Positions 44,409 to 53,471 of a stretch of 64,000 bases of DNA are shown here, in pieces (positions within the stretch are counted from its first letter, which is position 1; the number at the start of each line of letters is the position of its first letter). Position numbers and translations under genes: made by a program. The DNA comes from a virus (lineage: Duplodnaviria > Heunggongvirae > Uroviricota > Caudoviricetes): positions 39,743 to 103,742 of the IMG/VR virus record IMGVR_UViG_3300012943_000001. The stretch is one strand, 5' to 3'. The notes below the pieces were generated by a model. That model worked only from the letters and a program-made list of their open reading frames with translations. It was not told the origin of the DNA and made no database searches.

Positions 44409-45389
44409 ATGAGTTCGATTAAATCAACAAGAAAGTTTGGCGTTTCCGGCAAGTATAGGAGTCAGGTGCAGACCCTTGCCAAGCAATCTGCCACGTACTT
44501 GTTCGATTTGAAGTTCTTTACTTTAGATGTTAGAACGTGGAACGGGAATGGCAGCGAGAGGATTAGATTTAGCGTTCCTCCTTCTACACAATATGGAACG
44601 GTCTACGGGTTTCCTTCTGGTACTCAGCTCCAAGTTGAAATCGACACCGCGTCAAATCCCGCGTCTAGTTTTTTGTTTTGGCACGGAGGACAAGTTGGTC
44701 ATAAATACGCAACCGTTAACATTGACAGAAATAGAAGGTTGGACGCAGTATTTTCGGGAGCTTTATTTTCTGGAGATACTTCGTTTGAAGATTTCGAAGG
44801 ATTTCCAAGTGAAGGATACGTTATTGATTTGAACTACGGCAATAATAGCTTCTTCTTTCCTAAGCCAACAATTTTTAGAGCGGATTTCATTCAGTATTTT
44901 AACGACCTTGAAACATTTGGGTCTGGAGCGGTAGACATCTCTCGCTTATCTACAAGCAATTCTTACTCAAGAGATTATTACTATAACTATTCAGAGGACT
45001 TGATACCATTTCAAGTCGCAGATAGATTTTGTACTGATACGTTCGAAGAATACCCTTCTGGAGTTTTAGAAAAGCTTCCGAACACAACAGGATTAGGTTA
45101 CTACATGCCTACTGGTTATGTCATTAGTCAAGTCGTACCTAATTATTTCGATTCGTTTGATTACTCTACGGGACCAAGAGACAGGTTCGATAACAACTAC
45201 TACAATTTTACCACAACGTTTTCTACGGGAAGAGGGGCCATCTCTAGCTTTATCAAACCCGCAAACTATGGAGGCTATGACACTTTTGAGGCGTATCCTA
45301 CAGGCTCTATCACAAATCTAACAAACATGAATATAGATTTTGTCCCGTTGACAAATATAACTGGAAAAATCTTACCTTCTGGAGGATAA
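44409..45389 (+). CDS. Putative virion protein with InlB-B-like repeat and acidic D-x-F-E-x-Y-x-x-G repeats (start reassigned)
   Basis: FFTLDV..G.G..YG..SGTQ.QV.......FLFW.G..V.ID.NR.L.AVF; repeats DTFEEYPSG, DSFDYSTG, DTFEAYPTG; GTGTAA upstream. Confidence 0.5.
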   Translation: MSSIKSTRKFGVSGKYRSQVQTLAKQSATYLFDLKFFTLDVRTWNGNGSERIRFSVPPSTQYGTVYGFPSGTQLQVEIDTASNPASSFLFWHGGQVGHKYATVNIDRNRRLDAVFSGALFSGDTSFEDFEGFPSEGYVIDLNYGNNSFFFPKPTIFRADFIQYFNDLETFGSGAVDISRLSTSNSYSRDYYYNYSEDLIPFQVADRFCTDTFEEYPSGVLEKLPNTTGLGYYMPTGYVISQVVPNYFDSFDYSTGPRDRFDNNYYNFTTTFSTGRGAISSFIKPANYGGYDTFEAYPTGSITNLTNMNIDFVPLTNITGKILPSGG

Positions 45390-45395
45390 TTTATT

Positions 45396-46163
45396 ATGGC
45401 AAGAATTTACGCAAAACCAATAGCATCTGGCTTCGACAACACTTTAATCTTAGAGTCAAGAGAAGCGTTAGTCATACCATTTGATTTTAGCGGAGGGTAT
45501 ACGGTGGCAAGGCTTACGGCAATCGCCTCTATGACAAGTGGAACCCTTGATAACGCAGGTCTAAATAATAACGTAGATTATAATCTAAGCGTTAACGGAC
45601 TATCAAGAAATAGAGTTTATTTTGGATTCATGGATAGAGATGGGTTTCCGGGAGAAAGTGGCTGTGTATTTATCGGTACAGCGACAAGTTCAGGCACGCC
45701 AACGGCGAGTGTAAGAACGGGTTCGGTGGGTGGAGTTAGAACTAGATGGGGAGGAACGTCTTCATCGAATATGGGCTTAACTTTAATTAATCCTACAGGA
45801 GGATGTGAAGAAGCCACTAACCAGAAATGGAACTATGAAATGTCTATCGGCCAATATCATAGCGGCTCAGGAAATTATGCGTCCGTCATGGGAGTAGAAA
45901 TAGGGTTCACAAATATCGGCCTTTCAAATCAAACTTGTAACGGATACAGCTTTACAGCTCAAGACCTAGGCCCTGTGACAGGATACAATGATTTGTTTAC
46001 AGCGACTTTTGGAGGATTTGGAATTTCTTACGGCACCATTCAAACTATTGGTTACACTCATTCTGGAGTCCCGCTAACCATTCCAAAGTATGCAATCATC
46101 TATAATCCATTTACAGAATACAAGCTCAGAATTCATTCAGTAGGAGTTTTCAAAGTAGCCTAA
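45396..46163 (+). CDS. Putative virion protein, paralog family B (2 of 3)
   Basis: MARIYAK..LILESREAL..FPGESGCVFIG..NPF..YKLRIHS. Confidence 0.55.
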   Translation: MARIYAKPIASGFDNTLILESREALVIPFDFSGGYTVARLTAIASMTSGTLDNAGLNNNVDYNLSVNGLSRNRVYFGFMDRDGFPGESGCVFIGTATSSGTPTASVRTGSVGGVRTRWGGTSSSNMGLTLINPTGGCEEATNQKWNYEMSIGQYHSGSGNYASVMGVEIGFTNIGLSNQTCNGYSFTAQDLGPVTGYNDLFTATFGGFGISYGTIQTIGYTHSGVPLTIPKYAIIYNPFTEYKLRIHSVGVFKVA

Positions 46164-46165
46164 AT

Positions 46166-46888
46166 ATGCCAAAAATTTACGTAAAGAATACAACGCTCGG
46201 TAACGAGAAAAGCATCATTCTAGAAGGAAGAGAAGGACTTATTTATCCGCTTCAATTCAAGAATTGGAATAGGATAAAAGTAGCCATGTACTACTCTATC
46301 GTTCCTAACTCGGGCGATGACAATCAGAGTTGTGTAGGCGGAGCCACAGAAACTTTGCAGATTCATGACATAAGAGACAGATTCATGTTGGGGTTAAAAT
46401 CTAGTCAAAGCATTGCAATGCCCGGCGAAGACGGAGAATATTTTTGGGGAAATATTGGAGGAACCACAAGTAATGAAGTTGCCCCCGTAAACTCTCGCCT
46501 CAACAGTATTGGACCGGGCTCCATCTATCCGGGCTCTTCAAGACAAATGCAAGGCGTCGTCCAAAGCATAGTTCCGAACGCCAGCGTCACAAGTAGTTTT
46601 GGAGCTTATATGGGGGTTGAATTTAATTTTAGCACAACGACTACCGCAAATGAAATTTATAATCCGGGAGATATACCTTTAGAAATTTTATTCAGAGTAA
46701 ACGCGACATCAATAACAAATGTTTCTAAAGAAGCTTTGAGGTCAGAGACTCTAGCAAACAATTTCTCAGCGGTGGCAGAAAAAATGAAGGTTGATGGGAC
46801 GAGTAGACCACAAGCATTATTTTTATATTGGCCATTCTTTAATTACCGAATCAGAGTTCATTCTATAGGAGCGTTTCAAGTATCCTAA
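46166..46888 (+). CDS. Putative virion protein, paralog family B (3 of 3)
   Basis: MPKIYVK..IILEGREGLIYP..MPGEDG..WPFF.YRIRVHS. Confidence 0.55.
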   Translation: MPKIYVKNTTLGNEKSIILEGREGLIYPLQFKNWNRIKVAMYYSIVPNSGDDNQSCVGGATETLQIHDIRDRFMLGLKSSQSIAMPGEDGEYFWGNIGGTTSNEVAPVNSRLNSIGPGSIYPGSSRQMQGVVQSIVPNASVTSSFGAYMGVEFNFSTTTTANEIYNPGDIPLEILFRVNATSITNVSKEALRSETLANNFSAVAEKMKVDGTSRPQALFLYWPFFNYRIRVHSIGAFQVS

Positions 46889-47517
46889 TGTCCGTCATCG
46901 TTTCAACTAAGAACCAACTGTCTTGGGCGGGCTCATCCGCACCAACCTATGTACCTGAAGGCATTCCTTTGGTATACGCCGCTGACGGAGACACTAATGG
47001 AGCCTTCTACTATATTGCGACCAGTGGGGGAACTACAGGCTGGACGAATCCAGTCACGGCTCAACTCGTCTCAATTGTGGCCAGCACGACAACATCCAAC
47101 ACGGTTGACACGCTTGTCGATAGGGCACCAACCGCCTTTTACGTGCAAACAGCCGCAAATAACTTTCTTGGTATTGACCTCGGGGCAAAGAGAAGTCTCG
47201 GGGTGACGCAATATACAATTAGAGCTAGGTCCGAAAGCTCTCATAATATGAAAAATTGGAAACTCCAAGGTTCGGATTCTGTAGCGGGAAATACGGCGTC
47301 TGCATATCTTGGGGCAGTATGGGAAGATATTGACGAAAGAGTCAACGACACGTTTCTTATTAATGCAGATACGTTCCATACGTATACCTGTAATCTAGGA
47401 AATAAGAAGAAATATAGATGGTTAAGAATCCTACAAAATGGCCTCAATCATTCTTCAGATAATTATTTATGCTTGGGTGAATTTGAGTTTTACGGAAGCA
47501 TCAAAGTGTTGAAATAA
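46888..47517 (+). CDS. Discoidin/F5-8C-like domain protein, paralog family C (2 of 3)
   Basis: GDTNGAFYYI..GWTNP..GIDLG..YTIR..KNWKLQGS..YRWLRI..YLCLGEFEFYG. Confidence 0.7.
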   Translation: MSVIVSTKNQLSWAGSSAPTYVPEGIPLVYAADGDTNGAFYYIATSGGTTGWTNPVTAQLVSIVASTTTSNTVDTLVDRAPTAFYVQTAANNFLGIDLGAKRSLGVTQYTIRARSESSHNMKNWKLQGSDSVAGNTASAYLGAVWEDIDERVNDTFLINADTFHTYTCNLGNKKKYRWLRILQNGLNHSSDNYLCLGEFEFYGSIKVLK

Positions 47518-48146
47518 TGTCGCTCGTCCTTTCTACTAAAAATTATTTAGAGTTCTTAAGCTCTACGGTTCATACACAGAAATTAGATGGGCTTGAGCTA
47601 ACGTACGTAGCTAATGAAGATAGCAACGGATTGTTCTATTATCTTGGGACGAATAAAGGAGCTTCTGGTTGGACAAATCCAGTTACGGCAGGACAAATGT
47701 CCATTGTAGTAAGAACGCTACAATTTGGAAATCCCGCAGATTTAGTAGATAGGACAACAAATCAATGGTATACCTCGAACGTAGCAAATAGTTTTGTAGG
47801 GATAGATATTGGTCTAAATCGTTTATTAACGTTAAATAGCTACACCATAAGAAATAGAGTCGAAAGCGTCGAATATCTTCGCACGTGGAATCTCGAAGGG
47901 TCTAACAACGTAGCAGGAAATACCATAGCTGATTACGCGGCGGCAACGTGGGAAGCGATAGATGTACGAACTGGAGATAGCTCTTTATTGGCGGCAAATG
48001 CGTTTGGACATTTTGACGCAAATATGAACAATAAGAAAAGGTACAGATTTTTTCGACTCATTCAAACTGGACCAAACGGCAGCAGCAACGCCTATCTTTG
48101 TATTGCCGAGCTAGAGTTCTATGGCTTGTTTAAGGAAACGACTTGA
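47517..48146 (+). CDS. Discoidin/F5-8C-like domain protein, paralog family C (3 of 3)
   Basis: DSNGLFYYLGT..GWTNP..GIDIG..YTIR..RTWNLEGS..YRFFRL..YLCIAELEFYG. Confidence 0.7.
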   Translation: MSLVLSTKNYLEFLSSTVHTQKLDGLELTYVANEDSNGLFYYLGTNKGASGWTNPVTAGQMSIVVRTLQFGNPADLVDRTTNQWYTSNVANSFVGIDIGLNRLLTLNSYTIRNRVESVEYLRTWNLEGSNNVAGNTIADYAAATWEAIDVRTGDSSLLAANAFGHFDANMNNKKRYRFFRLIQTGPNGSSNAYLCIAELEFYGLFKETT

Positions 48147-48177
48147 CTTTCTTGACAAGTCTGAGTAAACTGTACGG
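48143..48177 (+). promoter_or_regulatory. Leaderless sigma70-like promoter of thyA
   Basis: TTGACT-17-TAAACT, 6 nt, then ATG. Confidence 0.75.
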
Positions 48178-49113
48178 ATGTCCGTAAACATCGACGTTCA
48201 GTACCTCAACTTAGTTCAAAAGATTCTCGACGAAGGCGTCCGCAAGGAAAATCGCACTGGAGTCGATACGCTCGCAATCGCTGGTGCGATGATTGAGCAC
48301 GATATGTCAGAAGGCTTCCCGCTCCTCACCTCCAAGAAGATGTACTTCAAGGGCGTGAAGGTAGAGTTGGAGGGCTTTATCAAAGGCATCCGCTCCAAAC
48401 AATGGTTTAAGGACCGTGGCTGTAACATTTGGAATGAATGGTGTAATCCAAGGAAGGTCGCGTATGGTAACGATGCGGAGTCAAAGGCGAAGATGGCGGC
48501 AGAGGATGACCTCGGCCTTATCTATGGGGTTCAATGGCGTGACTTCAAAGGGCCGGACATTCATATCAGAGGGTGTAACGATAGCCTAAAGGAAGGGATT
48601 ATCCAGCATGGTCCAAGTAACGGAGTAATCAATACGGAAGGAGTGGACCAGCTTAAGAAAATTGTTGCGACGCTCAAGAGTAATCCAAACGACCGCCGCA
48701 TGATTTGTTCAGCTTGGAACCCGCAGGTTCTTGACCAGATGGCACTCCCTCCATGTCACTTGCTTTGGCAGGTAACGGTAATCGACGGCAAATTGAATTT
48801 GGCGTGGTATCAGCGTTCGGTTGACGTACCACTCGGCCTGCCCTTTAATATCGCGTCCTACGGCCTTCTATTGCACCTTCTAGCTAAGGAGGCGGGGCTG
48901 AAGGAAGGTCGTCTTATCGGCTTCCTCATGGATACCCATATCTACGTCAATCAAATCGACGCCTTGAAGGAACAGATTGACAGGGCTCCAATGCCACTAG
49001 CCGCAGTCAAAACCAAAGACGAGAACTACTCAGTCTTCAACTGGGACCATAAGGATACGGAACTTGTTGGCTACGTCTCTCACCCTCCAGTCAAGTTTGA
49101 CATTGCTGTATGA
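48178..49113 (+). CDS. thyA: Thymidylate synthase
   Basis: NRTGVDT, FPLLTSKK, GLIYGVQWR, RRMICSAWNP, ALPPCH, YQRSVDVPLGLPFNIASY, HIYVN. Confidence 0.97.
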   Translation: MSVNIDVQYLNLVQKILDEGVRKENRTGVDTLAIAGAMIEHDMSEGFPLLTSKKMYFKGVKVELEGFIKGIRSKQWFKDRGCNIWNEWCNPRKVAYGNDAESKAKMAAEDDLGLIYGVQWRDFKGPDIHIRGCNDSLKEGIIQHGPSNGVINTEGVDQLKKIVATLKSNPNDRRMICSAWNPQVLDQMALPPCHLLWQVTVIDGKLNLAWYQRSVDVPLGLPFNIASYGLLLHLLAKEAGLKEGRLIGFLMDTHIYVNQIDALKEQIDRAPMPLAAVKTKDENYSVFNWDHKDTELVGYVSHPPVKFDIAV

Positions 49114-49673
49114 GCGAGAAAACATACGCAACTCACGTGGCCCCTTTGTTAAAAAAGGTGGATTTTCCTGTTGTGACTTTAAGTCAGGACAAGATATACA
49201 AGGTCAGCGAATTCATTGCTCGTCTTGCGGTTGAGAAGCAGAAGGAGTCCGTTCATCAAATAGATGGCAGGGCTCATACCAAAAGATTCTTTACGGGTTT
49301 TGCGTGCGAGGCGGCTTTAGAGCAATTGTTTGGAGTAGACTTCATGGATACGACCGTAGGTCAATCTGAGAAGTATCGCGGCTCAGACCTCAAGTCATTA
49401 GGCTTAGACATTGGAGTCAAGGGCGTCAAGTATGAGTACGATAAGTTCCATACAATCAATATCAACATTCGCACTCCTCAAGTTATCTGCTTTCTGTCAG
49501 CGGATAACAAACGCGTCATGGTGATGGGACTTGCCTCTGTCAAAGTGCTCAGAGAACATATGGACACGAATCTAGTTATGGACCGCAGTATGGCGGACCG
49601 CAAGACGGGCTTCTATGGTTACGACAAACTAGTTCAATTCAAAACGCTCGACGAGCTTAAGAAGTTAGCTTGA
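49110..49673 (+). CDS. Hypothetical protein, possible PD-(D/E)XK-like nuclease
   Basis: G..CEAAL..L....D L....DIGVKG pattern; weak. Confidence 0.35.
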   Translation: MSEKTYATHVAPLLKKVDFPVVTLSQDKIYKVSEFIARLAVEKQKESVHQIDGRAHTKRFFTGFACEAALEQLFGVDFMDTTVGQSEKYRGSDLKSLGLDIGVKGVKYEYDKFHTININIRTPQVICFLSADNKRVMVMGLASVKVLREHMDTNLVMDRSMADRKTGFYGYDKLVQFKTLDELKKLA

Positions 49674-49704
49674 CATTTTTGACAGGTTTGGGTAAGATGG
49701 TCGG
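49670..49704 (+). promoter_or_regulatory. Leaderless sigma70-like promoter of DNA ligase
   Basis: TTGACA-17-TAAGAT, 6 nt, then ATG. Confidence 0.75.
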
Positions 49705-50859
49705 ATGACACTTCCAATTTTATACTCCCGTACGAGCAAGGGTCAGGTTCAGACTTGGCAAATCTTTGTAGACGGAGCGACCTTCTTCACAAAGGAAGGT
49801 ATCAAGGGTGGGGCAATCTCTGAGTCCAAACCTACGATTTGTAAGGCGAAAAATGTAGGCCGTGCCAACGAGACGACGCCAGAACAGCAGGCCGAGTCTG
49901 AAGCTCAGGCCAAGTGGCAGAAGAAGATTGATGGCGGCTATTGGGAGAATGAGGCGGACATCGACAAGGTAACCACGTTCTGGCCTATGTTGGCGGAAAA
50001 GTGGAAGGATTATAAAGACCTTGTTCTAGAACGTATAGAAAGAACAGATAAGGTTTTTGTTCAAGCGAAGTTAGACGGTATGCGTTGCATCGTCAAGAAT
50101 GATGGAATGTGGTCTCGTGAGGGAAAACCTATCAAATCCGCACCTCATATTCGAGAGCTTCTGCAACCCATCTTTGATAAATATCCTCACGTGGTATTTG
50201 ACGGTGAGTTGTATAACCACGCGTTAAAACATAACTTCAACAAGTTGATTTCGTTAGCGAAGAAGCAGAAACCAACCCCTGAGCAGCTTGCTGAGAGTAG
50301 CGAAAAGTTGGAGTATTGGGTGTACGACATCGCAGGAGACGAAGAGATGGAGTCTTGCAGTTTTAATCTCAGAACTCAACGAGTAAGGCTGTTACTAAAT
50401 CATCGTATGGACAGAACGAACAAAATTCGATATGTTCACACTTACGAGGTAAGTTCAATCCCTGAAATCGAATCGTATTTTAGCAAGTTTATCGACGAAG
50501 GATTTGAAGGTTTGATGGTGCGTCTTAACGAACGCTATTTACGCAAGCGTACCAAGTTCCTTCTGAAGTACAAAGAATTTATCGACGAGGAATTCCCATT
50601 GGAAGACCTAGAGGAGGGTGACGGTAACCGTGCGGGACTTGCAACGATTGCATACTTTAGACACCCCAAAGGTAGCGAAATCAGAAACGGCCACACCTGC
50701 TTTAAGGCGGGCGTCATCGGTAATAACGAGTATACCGCACAGCTTCTAAAAGACAAAGATAAGGTTCGTGGAAAACCCGCGACCGTCGTTTATTTTAACT
50801 TAACGCCAGACGGCATTCCCCGCTTTGGTAAGATGAAAATTATCAGAGACTACGAATAA
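49705..50859 (+). CDS. lig: ATP-dependent DNA ligase with WGR-like N-terminus
   Basis: PMLA, QAKLDGMRC (KxDG), FDGELY, EGLMVR, LLKYKEF, TP.GIPRF. Confidence 0.95.
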   Translation: MTLPILYSRTSKGQVQTWQIFVDGATFFTKEGIKGGAISESKPTICKAKNVGRANETTPEQQAESEAQAKWQKKIDGGYWENEADIDKVTTFWPMLAEKWKDYKDLVLERIERTDKVFVQAKLDGMRCIVKNDGMWSREGKPIKSAPHIRELLQPIFDKYPHVVFDGELYNHALKHNFNKLISLAKKQKPTPEQLAESSEKLEYWVYDIAGDEEMESCSFNLRTQRVRLLLNHRMDRTNKIRYVHTYEVSSIPEIESYFSKFIDEGFEGLMVRLNERYLRKRTKFLLKYKEFIDEEFPLEDLEEGDGNRAGLATIAYFRHPKGSEIRNGHTCFKAGVIGNNEYTAQLLKDKDKVRGKPATVVYFNLTPDGIPRFGKMKIIRDYE

Positions 50860-51296
50860 TGCATAAACAAGAATACGTAAATGGATTCCTCTTCTTCAAA
50901 CGAGATGGATTCGACAAGGTTCTTCTCATTCTGAAGAACAGACCAAAGTGGCAGGCGGGTTGTTTTAACGGTATTGGTGGTAAAGTTGAACCGGGCGAGC
51001 TTCATATCGACGCGATGCGTCGCGAATTTTGGGAAGAGGCTGGTGTTGAAACAAATATTCTTTGGCGTGAGTTTGGCGTAGTGGAAGGTGTAGACTACAG
51101 AGTCTTCTATTACACCCGAGAACTAGACGCTCCTCCAGAGTGGGTGTCGAAAACAGATGAAGTTATCTTCGAATTTTTCGCGTCAGAAATTCCTGACAAC
51201 ATTACGTCTCCATCGAAGCAGATGCTTCAGTTAGCCCGAAGCTCAGAGTATTATACGAAAATTGTTGTAGACAAGACTGACCAAGCTAAACTATGA
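50859..51296 (+). CDS. NUDIX hydrolase
   Basis: GGKVEPGE....AMRREFWEEAG Nudix box. Confidence 0.92.
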   Translation: MHKQEYVNGFLFFKRDGFDKVLLILKNRPKWQAGCFNGIGGKVEPGELHIDAMRREFWEEAGVETNILWREFGVVEGVDYRVFYYTRELDAPPEWVSKTDEVIFEFFASEIPDNITSPSKQMLQLARSSEYYTKIVVDKTDQAKL

Positions 51297-51919
51297 AATA
51301 CATATCACTAGATATCGAGACAACGGGCCTCAACAAAGACCGTCATCAAATCATTCAAATCGCTGCGGTCGTAGACGACTTGAGCAGGTTCGCTCCGCTC
51401 GACAGTCTTCCTAAGTTCAGTGCGTTCGTCAAGTGGGACACTCTTCAATTTGACGAGTTCGCTCTGGGTATGCACGTGAAGTCTGGATTGTTGGGTAGAC
51501 TTTTTGCAGACACTTCCAAAAAAGGTATCGACGAAACTATTCTCAACCTTACGGCATTTCTTGAAATGTATTATCCGATTAAGGAAAAAGAGAAGTACAA
51601 TGTAGGTGGAAAGAACGTGGCGGGTTTCGATATTCCATTTATCAGGGCCGCAGGCAGACATCAATTCCCCGGTGCAGGTGCAACTCATATTAGACTTTTA
51701 GTAGATAGCTTTAGCCATAGGGTCATAGACCCAGCAGTTTACTTCACTGATTTTGTTACGGACAAAGCTGTCGCGAACCTTGAGCTTTGTAAGCAACGTG
51801 CGGGCATTGGAGGTACGGTATCCCACGATGCATTGGATGACGCTCTTGATGTAGTTAAGGTCGTTCGTCATATCGCTAAAGAAAATAGTTGCTACTGGAT
51901 TCCTACAAACAACGCATGA
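51293..51919 (+). CDS. DEDDh 3'-5' exonuclease (oligoribonuclease/DnaQ-like)
   Basis: LDIETTG, GKNVAGFDIPF, HDALDDA. Confidence 0.88.
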   Translation: MKYISLDIETTGLNKDRHQIIQIAAVVDDLSRFAPLDSLPKFSAFVKWDTLQFDEFALGMHVKSGLLGRLFADTSKKGIDETILNLTAFLEMYYPIKEKEKYNVGGKNVAGFDIPFIRAAGRHQFPGAGATHIRLLVDSFSHRVIDPAVYFTDFVTDKAVANLELCKQRAGIGGTVSHDALDDALDVVKVVRHIAKENSCYWIPTNNA

Positions 51920-52416
51920 AAGCAATAGCAGCAATGGCGAGTAACCGAGTTATCGGCAAGGATGGAAAGCTGCCTTGGCGTATTCCGGGCGACTTGAAGT
52001 TTTTCAAGAAGATGACGGACGGTTGTATTTGTGTGGTAGGTCGCAAGACTTATGATGAACTACCTTATTTACCTAATAGAAGGTTCATAGTTCAATCTAC
52101 TCAGGTGGGCAGATATGAATTGGGAGTAGACCCAAAAACCAAGAACCACATCAGCGGAGTAACGGCGACGGCGGAAGATAGGTATCTACCAATCTACTCT
52201 GGTCGAGATGATGCGTGGGTTATTGGAGGGGCGTCCATCTACAAGCATCTTCTTCCTTTTTGCACAGACCTTTACTTGACAAGAATCTTCGAACCGTACG
52301 AGGGAGATACGTTCTTCCCAACCTTCGAACATTTGTTTAGACAATACGACGTTGTAGAGCGTACAGATGACTATGCAATTGTCCACTATAAAAACATAGA
52401 CCCCAACGTCAAATGA
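51916..52416 (+). CDS. folA: Dihydrofolate reductase (start reassigned to MKAIAAM)
   Basis: NRVIGKDGKLPW.IP.DLKFFK, GRKTY, LPNR, VIGGASIY, YEGDTFFP. Confidence 0.95.
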   Translation: MKAIAAMASNRVIGKDGKLPWRIPGDLKFFKKMTDGCICVVGRKTYDELPYLPNRRFIVQSTQVGRYELGVDPKTKNHISGVTATAEDRYLPIYSGRDDAWVIGGASIYKHLLPFCTDLYLTRIFEPYEGDTFFPTFEHLFRQYDVVERTDDYAIVHYKNIDPNVK

Positions 52417-52994
52417 GAATCAATTTCTTCGGTGGCCCCGGTTCAGGCAAAAGCACAACGACAGCATGGATTTTCGCCATGCTTAAAGATAGGAAAGTTT
52501 CTGTAGAGCACGTAAGCGAATACGTGAAAGCTTGGGCCTATCAGAAGCGAAACATTCAGAAGCACGACCAATTGTATCTGTTCGCCAAACAGCAACAGTA
52601 CGAGTATCGTTACTTGAGTCAGGGAGTCTTGAACATCGTGACAGATTCTCCATGTTTCTTGTCCGTCATCTACTCAGCCAAGTATATCAGCGAAGAGTAC
52701 GCTGACGCAATCATGGCTCTATGCAGACTCTACGATAGGGACAACCCTAGTCTTAATATTTTCCTAAGCCGTGGAGAGAAGCCCTATATCACAGAAGGTC
52801 GTTACCAGACTTTGGAGCAAGCTAAGGAACTGGACGCGGCTATTTTAGCTGGCCTGCAAAAACATTATCCAGAAAATTTTCACGTAGTAGACTATAAAAA
52901 CAGAGAGAAAATCTTAGAATTAGTCTTGAGTCATGTGGAAGGAGACTACGAACGCCGTCCGTTCGAGCCCTTGAAGCATGAACAAACTAAATGA
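52413..52994 (+). CDS. P-loop NTPase, AAA_28/NadR-like nucleotide kinase
   Basis: FFGGPGSGKST, EYVK, IVTDSP, GRYQT.EQA..LD. Confidence 0.8.
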   Translation: MRINFFGGPGSGKSTTTAWIFAMLKDRKVSVEHVSEYVKAWAYQKRNIQKHDQLYLFAKQQQYEYRYLSQGVLNIVTDSPCFLSVIYSAKYISEEYADAIMALCRLYDRDNPSLNIFLSRGEKPYITEGRYQTLEQAKELDAAILAGLQKHYPENFHVVDYKNREKILELVLSHVEGDYERRPFEPLKHEQTK

Positions 52995-53027
52995 CTGGAA
53001 TAATTGGTCAGAGACGGTATAATATGG

Positions 53028-53471
53028 ATGCCACAAAGAGTCCATGTTGCCGACAAAGCTTGTCTCAAATGCGAGAAAGTCTTTAACCGAAAGGTCATGC
53101 CTTCGGGCAGATTAGAGTCATTGAAAGATTATGGAGAAAGAAAGTTCTGTAGTCATCAATGTTACGCTAATTGGCATCAAGGAGAAAATCATTCTCTTTT
53201 TAATCCAGAAGGGTCTCAGAGAGACGACGGATACATAAGAATCGCAGTCAATGGAAGGAGAACTTACCTGCATAGATATTTGATGGAGCAAAAGCTAGGA
53301 CGGAGATTAAACAAAGAAGAACACGTCCACCACTTAGATGGAGACAATGAAAATAACACTTTAGAAAACCTGTCTTTGACTAATAATCCTGAGCATAGAA
53401 AACTCCATTCAAAAATTCAAAAAAGAGATAGTCATGGCAAGTTCACAAAAGAAGAAGGTTGTAATTGTTAG
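53028..53471 (+). CDS. HNH homing endonuclease (HNH_3) with N-terminal Cys motifs
   Basis: CLKC..FCS..C; HRYLME..LGR.L...EHVHHLDGD..NN..ENL. Confidence 0.88.
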   Translation: MPQRVHVADKACLKCEKVFNRKVMPSGRLESLKDYGERKFCSHQCYANWHQGENHSLFNPEGSQRDDGYIRIAVNGRRTYLHRYLMEQKLGRRLNKEEHVHHLDGDNENNTLENLSLTNNPEHRKLHSKIQKRDSHGKFTKEEGCNC

